Positions 8,986 through 19,138 of a stretch of DNA of 64,000 nt are shown here, in pieces (the first letter of the stretch is position 1; every line of letters begins with the position of its first letter). The stretch covers positions 19,531-83,530 of the forward strand of contig CACHNE010000002.1 in assembly GCA_902581145.1 (NCBI GenBank), written 5' to 3'. The notes beneath the pieces are model-generated. The model was not told the DNA's origin, ran no database searches, and saw nothing but the letters and a program-made list of their open reading frames with translations. Both the position numbers and the translations under genes were made by a program. This DNA comes from an uncultured Bacteroidota bacterium. Its GTDB lineage: Bacteria; Bacteroidota; Bacteroidia; Flavobacteriales; Flavobacteriaceae.

Positions 8986-10452
8986 ATGAGTGTAGAAGTT
9001 TCAAATGTTGAGCCAAAAGAGGTTTGGAAAAACTTTGTTTTATTAAATGAAGTTCCAAGACCTTCAAAGAAAGAAGATCGTGTTGTAGAATTTTTAATTT
9101 CGTTTGCAACAAAAAATAACCTAATGTATAAGCAAGATGAAGTTGGAAATTTAGTAATAGTAAAAGAATCAACGCCTGATATGATTACTCGTGAAACTGT
9201 TGTTCTTCAATCCCATGTTGATATGGTTCATGAAAAAAATAATGATGTTGAATTTGATTTTTTAAATTCTGGAATCAAAATGTATGTTGATGGTGACTGG
9301 GTAAAGGCAGACGGGACAACTTTAGGAGCTGACAACGGATTAGGTGTTGCTGCAATCATGGCAATCTTAGAAAGTAATGAAATTTCACATCCAAAGATTG
9401 AAGCATTATTTACTATTGATGAGGAAACTGGAATGACTGGTGCTTTAAATCTTTCTGACACTATTCTAACAGGAAAAATATTATTAAATCTTGATACAGA
9501 GGAAGATGATGAAATTTGTGTTGGTTGTGCTGGTGGAATTGATATAACTATGAGTAAAAATTATCCACTACAAGAATCAAAAGAAGATGAGATCAATGTA
9601 AAAATTTTATTGAATGGATTAACGGGTGGTCACTCTGGAGCTGAAATTCACAAGGGTCTTGGTAATTCAAATAAAATATTATTTGAACTTATTCAAAAAC
9701 TTAATTCAGATTTTGATGTTAAAATATGTTCGATTGATGGGGGAGGATTGAGGAATGCAATTCCTAGAGAGAGTTCCGCAATAATCTCATTTGATGTAGA
9801 TAATTTGAATTCATTTAAAAAAATAATGAAAAATACATCACAAACATTAGTAGATGAATTTGAAGAAACAGATGGTAATATAAATTTAGAATTTGAATTA
9901 TTAGAAAATAGATTTCAAACACTTGGCGCTATTGAATCGAAAGAATTAATTAATGCAATAAACGAATGTCCGAACGGGGTCTTTGAAATGAGCGAAAACA
10001 TTGACGGCTTGGTTGAAACATCAAATAATTTGGCCAATATTAGATTAATTGAGGGAAAACTTAAAATTCAATGTTTGACAAGGTCATCATCTGAAAATTC
10101 AAAGGATAAGTTATCAAAGATTATTTCAAATATATTTGAAAATATTGGATGTGATAGTAAATTTTCAGGAGGGTATCCCGGATGGGAGCCTAACTTAAAT
10201 TCAGCCACATTAAAGGAGGTAAAGGATTCATATATCACGTTATTTTCATCAGAGCCAAAGGTTAATGTAATTCACGCTGGCTTGGAGTGTGGCATAATTG
10301 GATCTCATTATCCAGAAATGGATATGATAAGTTTTGGACCAACTATATTAGGTGCTCATTCACCTGACGAAAAGGCTTCAATTTCATCGACTCAAAAATT
10401 TTGGAGATTTTTTAGAGAAATTCTTAGTAATATTCCTGAAAAAGTTAATTAG
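8986..10452 (+). CDS. pepD: aminoacyl-histidine dipeptidase (Xaa-His dipeptidase, M20C)
   Basis: The track ORF starts at GTG 8980; ATG at 8986. Motifs [35 protein letters not shown]. Confidence 0.9.
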   Translation: MSVEVSNVEPKEVWKNFVLLNEVPRPSKKEDRVVEFLISFATKNNLMYKQDEVGNLVIVKESTPDMITRETVVLQSHVDMVHEKNNDVEFDFLNSGIKMYVDGDWVKADGTTLGADNGLGVAAIMAILESNEISHPKIEALFTIDEETGMTGALNLSDTILTGKILLNLDTEEDDEICVGCAGGIDITMSKNYPLQESKEDEINVKILLNGLTGGHSGAEIHKGLGNSNKILFELIQKLNSDFDVKICSIDGGGLRNAIPRESSAIISFDVDNLNSFKKIMKNTSQTLVDEFEETDGNINLEFELLENRFQTLGAIESKELINAINECPNGVFEMSENIDGLVETSNNLANIRLIEGKLKIQCLTRSSSENSKDKLSKIISNIFENIGCDSKFSGGYPGWEPNLNSATLKEVKDSYITLFSSEPKVNVIHAGLECGIIGSHYPEMDMISFGPTILGAHSPDEKASISSTQKFWRFFREILSNIPEKVN

Positions 10453-11587
10453 ATATATCTACTAACTCAATTATAAACTCTAAATCTGAATTTGCAGGAA
10501 TTCTATTACCCATAGCTCTATTTCCATAGCCCATTTCTGATGGAATGTATGCATATACCTTATCTCCTGCACTCATTGTCATTAATACCTCTCTAAATCC
10601 TTGAATTAGCTGCATATTATTTGAATAGGTGATTTTTGAAGGGTCATACCATCCTTTACTTTCATCTTCAGCTGAGAATCTATCGTAAGCAATCATTATA
10701 TCCTTTCTATTTGTACCAAATAATACTCCGTTTATTGCTAAATAACCTTCGTAATAAAAGAAAATCTCATCACCTTCAATAGGTTTGATTCCTTTTCCTT
10801 TTTTTATGTAATATATTTCAACTCCAGAGCTTAATTTTGTTGCTTTTTCTCTATAATTATTATTCTTTTCTTTTTCAATTCTAGCAAGTGAATCCATTTT
10901 TTCAATGGCAGCTCTTTTCTTTTCCTCTTGCATGATAAAAAGTTTTGGTTCCATTTCATTCCATGTTTTTACTGCATCAAAACCTTTTGCGTCAGATCCA
11001 ATTCTAATTATTTTAAGATTATTAATAGTCACATCTTTTACTGGTCTATCAGCAACTGCAGTTTCAACATTTGAAATGGCGTCCTGTATTTCCATTCCTC
11101 TAACCACATGTCCAAATACTGTATGTTTACCATCTAAGTGAGGGGTAGGAACCTCGGTGATAAAAAATTGACTACCGTTTGTTCCAGGCCCAGAATTTGC
11201 CATTGAAAGCACTCCGGGTTTGTCGTGTCTAAGGGTTAAGTCGATTTCGTCTAAAAACTTATAACCTGGTCCTCCAGTTCCATTTCCACTTGGATCTCCG
11301 CCTTGAATCATAAATTTGTCAATAACTCGGTGAAAGATTATTCCATTATAAAATTTCTTGCCTTTAAAATCATTATCAACTTTTGGATGATTTCCTTCTG
11401 CCAGAGCAATAAAATTTGCAACTGTTACTGGCGTCTTATCATATGTTAATTTAATTAGCATTACACCCATACTGGTATTAAATTCAGCATACAGACCGTC
11501 TTCTAAATCTTGGTAATTACTGTAATTATTATCACATGCAAAAACCATTGAACACACTAGGAAAAAAATTGCAAATTTTGTTTTCAT
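10445..11587 (-). CDS. dual-family peptidyl-prolyl isomerase lipoprotein (N-terminal cyclophilin domain fused to C-terminal FKBP domain)
   Basis: 380 aa. Lipoprotein signal [18 protein letters not shown]. Cyclophilin core ([39 protein letters not shown]). C-terminal FKBP core (YYEGYL...[40 protein letters not shown]). Confidence 0.9.
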   Translation of the reverse strand: MKTKFAIFFLVCSMVFACDNNYSNYQDLEDGLYAEFNTSMGVMLIKLTYDKTPVTVANFIALAEGNHPKVDNDFKGKKFYNGIIFHRVIDKFMIQGGDPSGNGTGGPGYKFLDEIDLTLRHDKPGVLSMANSGPGTNGSQFFITEVPTPHLDGKHTVFGHVVRGMEIQDAISNVETAVADRPVKDVTINNLKIIRIGSDAKGFDAVKTWNEMEPKLFIMQEEKKRAAIEKMDSLARIEKEKNNNYREKATKLSSGVEIYYIKKGKGIKPIEGDEIFFYYEGYLAINGVLFGTNRKDIMIAYDRFSAEDESKGWYDPSKITYSNNMQLIQGFREVLMTMSAGDKVYAYIPSEMGYGNRAMGNRIPANSDLEFIIELVDISN

Positions 11588-11591
11588 AATT

Positions 11592-12602
11592 TTATTTTAA
11601 TAATTCTTTATAATTTTTTAACGATTCAATAAAATAATCTATTGTTTCTTTTAGAGTTTTTTTACTTACAGCTCCAGCAGCATTTTTATGTCCACCACCA
11701 CCAAATACATTTTTAGAAAATTCGTTTACATCAAAATCTCCTCTAGATCTTAAAGAAATTCTTATGACGTTTTCCTTTAAATTTTCCATAAAAATGACGG
11801 CAAACTTAATATTTTTTATCGAAAGACCATAATTAACAATTCCTTCGGTATCACCTTTTTCATAATTGAATTTATCAAGATTTTTTTGAGACAATGATAT
11901 GTAACATGTATTTAAATCTTCAATTACTTTAATTTGACTAAGGGCAAAGCTCAGAAGTTGAACCCTTTCAAATTTATTGTTATCATAAATTTGGTTATGT
12001 ATGTCTGAGTGGGATATACCTGTTTTTAACAGGTTTGATACCACTTCATGAGTAACGTGAGTTGTTGACGGAAATTTAAATGACCCAGTATCGGTCATAA
12101 TTCCTGCATATAAGGATTGTGAAATAGTTTTATCAATTTTATTCTTATCTCCAAGTTTATCAATAAAATGATAAATCATCTCACAAGTTGAGCTCATTTC
12201 GGGAACAGAGTACATGAAATCTGCATAATTAGATGGATTTTCGTGATGATCAATCATAATAATTATAGCATTAGATTTTTCAACATGGTCTTTCATTGAT
12301 GATATTCTAACAAGATTATTGAAGTCAAGTGTAAAAATTATATCCGCATTAATAATTTTTTGAGTACAATTTTCATCTTCAGAGAATATCTTTATATGAT
12401 TATCAGGATCCATCCATCTCAGAAAGTTAGGAAATTTATTGGGACTGATAATTTCTACATTATGATTATAATTATCCAAATAATTCTTTAAGCCTGTACT
12501 AGCACCGATTGCATCACCATCAGGGTTTTTGTGTGGAATTATTACTATTTCCTTTTTTTTAGATAAAAGACTTTTTATTTCACCGATTTCTCTAACATCC
12601 AT
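11592..12602 (-). CDS. nrnA: DHH-family phosphoesterase (NrnA-type oligoribonuclease / pAp phosphatase)
   Basis: 336 aa. [19 protein letters not shown] (DHH), [11 protein letters not shown] (DHHA1 GGGH). Confidence 0.85.
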   Translation of the reverse strand: MDVREIGEIKSLLSKKKEIVIIPHKNPDGDAIGASTGLKNYLDNYNHNVEIISPNKFPNFLRWMDPDNHIKIFSEDENCTQKIINADIIFTLDFNNLVRISSMKDHVEKSNAIIIMIDHHENPSNYADFMYSVPEMSSTCEMIYHFIDKLGDKNKIDKTISQSLYAGIMTDTGSFKFPSTTHVTHEVVSNLLKTGISHSDIHNQIYDNNKFERVQLLSFALSQIKVIEDLNTCYISLSQKNLDKFNYEKGDTEGIVNYGLSIKNIKFAVIFMENLKENVIRISLRSRGDFDVNEFSKNVFGGGGHKNAAGAVSKKTLKETIDYFIESLKNYKELLK

Positions 12603-12655
12603 ATTTCGCGAAGATAAACATTAAATGTAAAACCTAATAAATTAATAAAAAGTGT

Positions 12656-12663
12656 TATTTTTG
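12656..12663 (+). promoter_or_regulatory. candidate -7 element upstream of ndk
   Basis: TAttTTTG, 19 nt before the ATG at 12682. No good -33 TTG. Confidence 0.35.
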
Positions 12664-12681
12664 CAAACTAAAATATACAAA

Positions 12682-13098
12682 ATGAGTAGAGTTACTTTTA
12701 CAATGTTAAAACCAGATTCGGTTAGAAATGGAAACATAGGTGCTATTCTTGATAAGATCATTAAATCTGGTTTCAAGATCAAGGCAATGAAGTTTACGCA
12801 AATGACTAATGAGAAAGCAGGTGAATTTTACGCTATACATAAAGAAAGACCTTTCTATACTGACTTAGTTGATTACATGACCAGCGGTCCAATTGTAGCT
12901 GCAATTTTGGAAAAAGATAATGCTGTTAATGATTTTAGAGACCTGATTGGATCAACAAATCCTGAAGAGGCAGAGGAGGGTAGCATTAGAAAAATATTTG
13001 CTAAGTCAATAAGCGAAAATGCTATTCATGGAAGCGATAGTGATTATAATGCTAAAATTGAATGTGAATTTCACTTTTCAAGTGATGAGATTTTTTAA
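12682..13098 (+). CDS. ndk: nucleoside-diphosphate kinase
   Basis: The track ORF starts at GTG 12652; ATG at 12682 gives [12 protein letters not shown]. Active-site NAIHGSDS. Confidence 0.95.
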   Translation: MSRVTFTMLKPDSVRNGNIGAILDKIIKSGFKIKAMKFTQMTNEKAGEFYAIHKERPFYTDLVDYMTSGPIVAAILEKDNAVNDFRDLIGSTNPEEAEEGSIRKIFAKSISENAIHGSDSDYNAKIECEFHFSSDEIF

Positions 13099-13376
13099 TT
13101 AAGTATTATTTTTTCAACTACATTTTCCTTTAATCTTTCATTAATTAACTTAATAAGTTTTTCTTTTCCATAGCTAAGTTCCTCTTTGAGGGCAGGTGAG
13201 CTTAATTTTATGTAAAGGGTCTTTTTTCTTAAACTTACATCAGTAGTGTAATTCGCTACTCCGTTATTCATTAATTCAAACCAAGCTTTCTTTACATCTA
13301 AATTCAATAATCCCTTTTCAAGCTTATTTTCCTTGAGAAATGTATTGATTAGATTCTTTAATTCCATATTATTCAT
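13095..13376 (-). CDS. DUF721 (DciA-like) domain protein
   Basis: 93 aa, downstream of recF as in many phyla. Its stop shares the tetranucleotide TTAA with the ndk stop. Confidence 0.65.
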   Translation of the reverse strand: MNNMELKNLINTFLKENKLEKGLLNLDVKKAWFELMNNGVANYTTDVSLRKKTLYIKLSSPALKEELSYGKEKLIKLINERLKENVVEKIILN

Positions 13377-13833
13377 CTAAATAATTTTTTGGATAAAATC
13401 TTTTGTACTCGTAAGTGAGCCCTTCAAAGTTTTTAATTATTAAATTCATCGAGTCAATTTTAACTACATTCTCAGTAAAATTTTCACCTTGACCATAAAC
13501 TAGTTTAATTGAATTACTAAAATTTAAGTCAAATTTAAAAAACCTTAAATGTTTTTTTTCTTCATCAATATTGAAATTAATTTGATGCATTGTAATATCA
13601 AAATTACCGTCGATTCTGGGCTTAACTTTTTTTCTGAAACCTTCTGAAAAGTTTTCATTCAATTCAAAATAATCAATTGTACCGCTAAATGGATAATTTT
13701 TAATTTTATTGTTGTCTTTTTTAACAGAGGATATTTCCCAATATCCAGAAAGATATTTTAAATTTCTCGAATTGTTACAAGAACTTAAAATCAGGAAAGA
13801 CAAAATTATTATTGTTAAACCAATTTTTTTCAA
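13369..13833 (-). CDS. hypothetical lipoprotein
   Basis: 154 aa. TTG start overlapping the recF TGA (TTGA). Signal peptide plus lipobox MKKIGLTIIILSFLILSSC. No in-frame ATG near the N-terminus. Confidence 0.55.
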   Translation of the reverse strand: MKKIGLTIIILSFLILSSCNNSRNLKYLSGYWEISSVKKDNNKIKNYPFSGTIDYFELNENFSEGFRKKVKPRIDGNFDITMHQINFNIDEEKKHLRFFKFDLNFSNSIKLVYGQGENFTENVVKIDSMNLIIKNFEGLTYEYKRFYPKNYLDE

Positions 13834-14909
13834 ATTTCAAATATTTTATACGATTTATTTACCTTCTTTATAGTGTTCTCTGACCTTGTTTTATTCGTAT
13901 CAGAAATAAATATTTGATTAAACTTTTCTTGATTAACTAGATTAATAATCTGCTTAACTCTGGTGTCATCTAATTTGTCAAAAATATCATCTAACAGTAA
14001 AATAGGTTTTGAATCAAGTTTTGAAAGATAGTCAAATTGCGCAAGTTTCATGGCTATCAAAAATGTTTTTTGCTGACCTTGACTTCCATATTTTTTTATC
14101 GGAAAATTATCAAGATTCAAATTAAGATCATCTTTATGTATTCCTTTGGTTGTATACTGGAACCTTAAGTCTTTTTCAAGACTATTTTTTAGCAATTTAT
14201 ATAGATTTTGATCTGGTGAAATATCACTACTATGTTTAATTTCAACATTTTCTTTATCATTACTTAATTCCTTGTATCTAGATTTGAATATTGGAATAAA
14301 TTCATTTAGGAATTCTCTTCTTTTATCGTAAATTTTTTGTGCATCTGATGAAAGTTGCCTATCATAAATATCAATGGTTTTTCTTATATTCTCTGAGTTA
14401 TCATAAAACATTTTTAATAAAGCATTTCTCTGTTTGAGTGTTTTATTATAATCGATTAAATTATTTAAATATTCTTTATCAGTTTGCGAAATAATCCCAT
14501 CAATAAATTTCCTTCTCGTTTCACTTCCTTCAATTATTAAGTTTCTGTCATCGGGAGAAATAAGTACCAGCGGAATTTTTCCAATATGATCACTAAATTT
14601 TTTGTAGAGTTTATTATTTCTTTTTATTATTTTTTTATCTCCTTTCTTAAGTGACACTAATATGTTTTCTTCTTTATCATCAATCATGTATTTTCCTGAA
14701 ATAAAAAAAAATGTTTCTCCGTGTTTTATATTTTGAGAAGGAATTGGATTGAAGTAGCTTTTTGTGTAAGATAGATGGTATATAGAATCTAATATATTCG
14801 TTTTACCAACACCGTTTAGTCCCACAAAACAAATAATTTTAGTGTCAAAACTAAACTTGAGGCTTTCAAAATTTTTATAGTTTGTTAATGATAACTCTTT
14901 TAAAAACAT
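13830..14909 (-). CDS. recF: DNA replication/repair protein RecF
   Basis: 359 aa. Walker A GLNGVGKTN, signature SQGQQKT, Walker B LLLDDIFDKLD. Confidence 0.93.
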   Translation of the reverse strand: MFLKELSLTNYKNFESLKFSFDTKIICFVGLNGVGKTNILDSIYHLSYTKSYFNPIPSQNIKHGETFFFISGKYMIDDKEENILVSLKKGDKKIIKRNNKLYKKFSDHIGKIPLVLISPDDRNLIIEGSETRRKFIDGIISQTDKEYLNNLIDYNKTLKQRNALLKMFYDNSENIRKTIDIYDRQLSSDAQKIYDKRREFLNEFIPIFKSRYKELSNDKENVEIKHSSDISPDQNLYKLLKNSLEKDLRFQYTTKGIHKDDLNLNLDNFPIKKYGSQGQQKTFLIAMKLAQFDYLSKLDSKPILLLDDIFDKLDDTRVKQIINLVNQEKFNQIFISDTNKTRSENTIKKVNKSYKIFEI

Positions 14910-15023
14910 AAATTGTAAATCGTATTAGAGAAATTGAATTGTAACCCAACTAACCCAAAAATAACAAATAAATAATCCAATTTTAATAATAAAAATTTTA
15001 TTTTTACGGCCTAAAATAATATT

Positions 15024-15785
15024 ATGGCAACTTACAAGAAAAGAGGTTTTAAAAATAAAGCGTCTTCTAATAAGGCAGAAGCTCTTGAAAATAAGTCAAC
15101 AACTGCAAATGTATTTAATACACTTGATGAAGGATCATCCAGGACTCAACAATGGGTTGAAAAAAATCAAAACAAAATTCTTGGTGTTGTAGGTATTGTA
15201 TCAGTCCTAGTTATTGGTATTTTCGCCTATTCTAAATTAATAACTGAGCCGAAAGAAAGTAAAGCTTTCAATGAAATGTACTCTGCACAAAAAAAGTTTG
15301 ATGAAGCAATTTTGATTGATAATGACTCCTTATATAAGATTGCACTTAACGGTGATGATCTTAATATGGGGATGCTTGATGTAATCGAGGAATTTAGCGG
15401 AACAAATGCTGCAAATCTAGCACATTATTACACTGGTATGATGTATTTAAATATGAATGATTATCAAAATAGCATTAAATTTTTATCAAAATTTAATTCT
15501 AATGATATATTGCTTAACTCATTAGCCACCGGCTCGATTGGTGACGCTTTTGCGGAGTTAAACCAGTTCGAGGATGCTTATGATTATTATGTAAAAGCAT
15601 CAAAAAGTGATAATAATTATACAACCCCATTATTTTTATATAAGGCTGGAACAGTTGCTATGAGATTAAGTAAATTTAAAAAAGCTGAGGAGTACTTTAC
15701 CAGTATTAAGTTAGATTATCCTAAAAGTCCTGAAGCAAAAAATATAGATGCATTTATCTCCAAAGCGATTGCATCAAATCAGTAA
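15024..15785 (+). CDS. membrane-anchored tetratricopeptide-repeat protein
   Basis: 253 aa. One TM helix (ILGVVGIVSVLVIGIFAY) followed by TPR-like repeats. Abuts ribH. Confidence 0.7.
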   Translation: MATYKKRGFKNKASSNKAEALENKSTTANVFNTLDEGSSRTQQWVEKNQNKILGVVGIVSVLVIGIFAYSKLITEPKESKAFNEMYSAQKKFDEAILIDNDSLYKIALNGDDLNMGMLDVIEEFSGTNAANLAHYYTGMMYLNMNDYQNSIKFLSKFNSNDILLNSLATGSIGDAFAELNQFEDAYDYYVKASKSDNNYTTPLFLYKAGTVAMRLSKFKKAEEYFTSIKLDYPKSPEAKNIDAFISKAIASNQ

Positions 15786-16262
15786 ATGAAATCAAGCAGC
15801 CAAAATTTCACAAAAATTACTTTAGAAGATTTCCCAAATTTGAAAAAAAATAAAATTGGGATTGTGGTTTCCGAGTGGAATAAAGATATCACTTCAAATT
15901 TGCTTAATGGAGCTCAAGAAAAATTAATAGAGTTTGGTATAAAAAATGAGAATATCAAAATTTCATGGGTACCTGGAAGTTTTGAACTTGTATATGGCTG
16001 TAAAGAATTATCTAAACAAAATCTGGATGCTATCATTGCAATAGGATGTGTTATTAAAGGCGAAACTGATCACTATGATTTTATTTGTAACGCTGTTTCA
16101 AATGGAATTATGCAATTAAATATTTCATGTTCTATCCCTGTAATTTTCTGCGTTCTTACTGACCACAACAAAAATCAATCATTAGACAGATCTGGAGGAA
16201 AACTTGGAAATAAAGGGGCTGAGGCAGCAATTGCTGCTTTGAAAATGATATCTTTTAAGTAA
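15786..16262 (+). CDS. ribH: 6,7-dimethyl-8-ribityllumazine synthase
   Basis: 158 aa. VPGSFELV, GCVIKGETDHYDFI, NKGAEAA. Confidence 0.93.
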   Translation: MKSSSQNFTKITLEDFPNLKKNKIGIVVSEWNKDITSNLLNGAQEKLIEFGIKNENIKISWVPGSFELVYGCKELSKQNLDAIIAIGCVIKGETDHYDFICNAVSNGIMQLNISCSIPVIFCVLTDHNKNQSLDRSGGKLGNKGAEAAIAALKMISFK

Positions 16263-16300
16263 GATATTTATTATATTTAGTTAAATTCATATATAACGGT

Positions 16301-16576
16301 TTGGGTCTTTTTAAACTAAAAAAAAATAAACGTTACAGTTACTCAGGTAGATACTCTGAAGACAACTCCTATTTAGGTAAGCATTCTGTTCCAAAAAAAA
16401 TTAAATCAAAGTTTGATGAATATAGAACTACTGTAGGAGATGATAATAGTTTTAGAAAAAAATTTAGAAATGCTGTTAATGATTATAAAAAAGGATCTGA
16501 AAAGTCTGTTAGAACAAGACTTCTAATTATTTTATCAATTTTAGTCTCTTTATTTTTATTATTCTTTTTTATTTAA
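16301..16576 (+). CDS. hypothetical small basic tail-anchored protein (TTG start, no ATG in frame)
   Basis: 91-aa ORF filling most of the ribH-mutL gap. K/R/S/Y-rich N-terminal part and a single C-terminal TM helix (LLIILSILVSLFLLFFFI). No family recognised. Confidence 0.4.
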   Translation: MGLFKLKKNKRYSYSGRYSEDNSYLGKHSVPKKIKSKFDEYRTTVGDDNSFRKKFRNAVNDYKKGSEKSVRTRLLIILSILVSLFLLFFFI

Positions 16577-16588
16577 AATAACTAATTG

Positions 16589-18385
16589 ATGAAAGACATT
16601 ATTAATATTTTACCTGAAAATGTTGCTAATCAAATTGCAGCTGGTGAAGTAGTACAAAGGCCAGCATCTGTAGTAAAGGAATTACTAGAAAATTCAATAG
16701 ATGCCAAAGCAAAAGAAATAAAAATCTTAATCAAAGATGCAGGTAAGACAATGATACAGGTTATTGATAATGGAGTTGGTATGTCAAAAAGAGATGTCTC
16801 AATATGTTTTAATAGACACACAACATCAAAAATTTCAGATGCAAAAGATTTATTTAATATAAAGTCTAAAGGGTTTAGAGGTGAAGCTTTGGCTAGTATT
16901 TCTGCAATTTCACATGTCAATTTAATTTCAAAACAATCTGGTATTGAATTAGCTAACGAGATTGAAATTCATGGTAGTGAAATTAAGAGCAATAAATCAT
17001 CAGTAAGCGAAGTTGGCACTAAGATTTCTGTCAAAAATCTTTTTTTTAACATACCTGCAAGAAGAAACTTTTTAAAATCAAACAATGTTGAATTAAAACA
17101 CATCATAACCGAATTTATCAGAGTTGCCTTAGCTCATCCTGAGGTGAAATTAATTTTTTATAATGATGACTCTGAAATGTACAATCTTCCTGTTTCTAAT
17201 TTTAAAAAAAGAATTGTTAATTTATTTGGCGTCAAATCATCAGAAAAACTTGTTCCTGTTTCTGAGAATACAGAAATTTTAAATGTAGATGGATTTATAT
17301 TTAAACCACAGTATTCTAAAAAAACCCGTGGAGAGCAATTTTTCTTCGTAAATAATAGGTTTATTAAAAGTCCATATTTAAATCACGCCATTAATTCAGC
17401 ATTTGAAGGCCTTATTGATCCAAAATATAACCCTTCCTATTTTTTAAATTTAGAAGTTGATCCTGCTTCAATCGATATAAATATACATCCTACAAAAACG
17501 GAAATTAAGTTTGAAGATGAGCATTCAATTTATGCTATTTTAAGAGCGTCAGTAAAGCATAGTTTGGGCCAATATAATATTACACCTGTTTTAGACTTCA
17601 ATAGAGACAAGTCTTTAGATATACCATATGATTTTGAAAAGAATGGTAATTCTAACTCTGTTGGTATTGATATTAACACAAACTACAACCCCTTTGATGT
17701 AAATAAATCCAGAGAAAAATACGTGGAGATTGATTTATTCAAAGAAAAAATGGATTCTTTAGAGTTTTCATCAGAAAGCAACGAACTAAAGGAATTTAAT
17801 TTTGAAGATTTTGAATCAAATGTTCATTTAAATAACCCAATTCAATTAAATAAAAAGTTTATTGTAAACAAGACTAAATCAGGATTGATAATAATCAACC
17901 AAGAAAGAGCACATCAAAGAATTTTATATGAAAGGTTTTTGAAATCACTGACGTTAAACAAGGTTAATCCGCAAAAATTACTTCATCCAATAGTTATTGA
18001 TTTTTCTAAAGTCGATATTGAAACATTAAAATCTAATAAAAATATTTTATATCAGTTTGGCTTAGACTTTGATTTAGAGTCTGAAAAAATTAATATTAAT
18101 GCGGTACCATCATTTGTCAACATTGATAATTTGAAAGAAATATTTGAAAATTTAATATATAATATACAGAATGAAATCCCTGACAATAGTTTTAGTGAAT
18201 CTGATTTAATATGTAAAATTATGTCTAAATCTATGTCAATAAGAAACGGTAAGTCGCTAGACTTAAAAGAGCAACAATATATTATAAACTCATTGTTTGC
18301 TTGCAAGGAAACAATGATATGTCCCTTTAATCTTAAGACTTATGTTCAGATAAATTATTCTGAAATTGAAAATATGTTTAAGTAA
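16589..18385 (+). CDS. mutL: DNA mismatch repair protein MutL
   Basis: ATG at 16589 (track TTG at 16586). GHKL ATPase N-terminus (ANQIAAGEVVQRPASVVKELLENSIDA, DNGVGM, GFRGEAL). C-terminal dimerisation domain with clamp-like QKLLHP. Confidence 0.95.
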   Translation: MKDIINILPENVANQIAAGEVVQRPASVVKELLENSIDAKAKEIKILIKDAGKTMIQVIDNGVGMSKRDVSICFNRHTTSKISDAKDLFNIKSKGFRGEALASISAISHVNLISKQSGIELANEIEIHGSEIKSNKSSVSEVGTKISVKNLFFNIPARRNFLKSNNVELKHIITEFIRVALAHPEVKLIFYNDDSEMYNLPVSNFKKRIVNLFGVKSSEKLVPVSENTEILNVDGFIFKPQYSKKTRGEQFFFVNNRFIKSPYLNHAINSAFEGLIDPKYNPSYFLNLEVDPASIDINIHPTKTEIKFEDEHSIYAILRASVKHSLGQYNITPVLDFNRDKSLDIPYDFEKNGNSNSVGIDINTNYNPFDVNKSREKYVEIDLFKEKMDSLEFSSESNELKEFNFEDFESNVHLNNPIQLNKKFIVNKTKSGLIIINQERAHQRILYERFLKSLTLNKVNPQKLLHPIVIDFSKVDIETLKSNKNILYQFGLDFDLESEKININAVPSFVNIDNLKEIFENLIYNIQNEIPDNSFSESDLICKIMSKSMSIRNGKSLDLKEQQYIINSLFACKETMICPFNLKTYVQINYSEIENMFK

Positions 18386-19138
18386 ATGAATAGAATTTCA
18401 CCCACTGTAAAACAGCTACTTATAATCAATGTGATATTTTATTTTGGTTCAAGTATGTCATTAAATACTGAATTTATTTATTCTTTATTTAGTTTACACT
18501 TTCCTGAAAATCCCGACTTTAAATTTTGGCAGCTCATTACGCATATGTTTATGCATGGAGGGATTTTACATTTGGCTTTCAATATGTTTGCGTTATGGAT
18601 GTTTGGTTCTGCTATTGAATCTATTTTTGGATCTAGAAGATTTATATTTTTTTATATTACATGTGGTTTAGGTGCTGCCCTCGCTCAGATTGGCTTTCTG
18701 TATTATTCTTTTTATTCTAATCTAGATATCTTAACAAGTAGTGGTTATGATTCTCAATCGGTTTTGAATTTATTAATGGAAGGTAGATATAATACAAATT
18801 GGGGTAATATTTTGGGGGCTGACGGCCTCTTGAGCTTTAACACCTCATTTTTAGCTACTATGGTTGGGGCATCCGGTGCAATTATGGGAGTTTTAGTAGC
18901 TTTTGGAATGTTTTTTCCTGAAAGTAAACTTATGCTAATATTTTTTCCAATCCCCATTAAAGCAAAATATTTTATTCCTGGAATAATTCTTCTCGATTTG
19001 TTTTCAGCAATTACAGGTCAAGCAATTTTCAGTCCTAGTAATACAGCATATATTGCCCACATTGGAGGAGCCCTAACAGGCTTTCTGATTATGTACTATT
19101 GGAAAAAAAACCAATTTAATCAAAACCGTTGGTACTAA
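18386..19138 (+). CDS. rhomboid-family intramembrane serine protease
   Basis: 250 aa. HGGILHLAFNMF (HxxxxHxxxN), GASGAIMG (GxSG), AHIGGALTG (catalytic His). ATG immediately follows the mutL TAA. Confidence 0.9.
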   Translation: MNRISPTVKQLLIINVIFYFGSSMSLNTEFIYSLFSLHFPENPDFKFWQLITHMFMHGGILHLAFNMFALWMFGSAIESIFGSRRFIFFYITCGLGAALAQIGFLYYSFYSNLDILTSSGYDSQSVLNLLMEGRYNTNWGNILGADGLLSFNTSFLATMVGASGAIMGVLVAFGMFFPESKLMLIFFPIPIKAKYFIPGIILLDLFSAITGQAIFSPSNTAYIAHIGGALTGFLIMYYWKKNQFNQNRWY

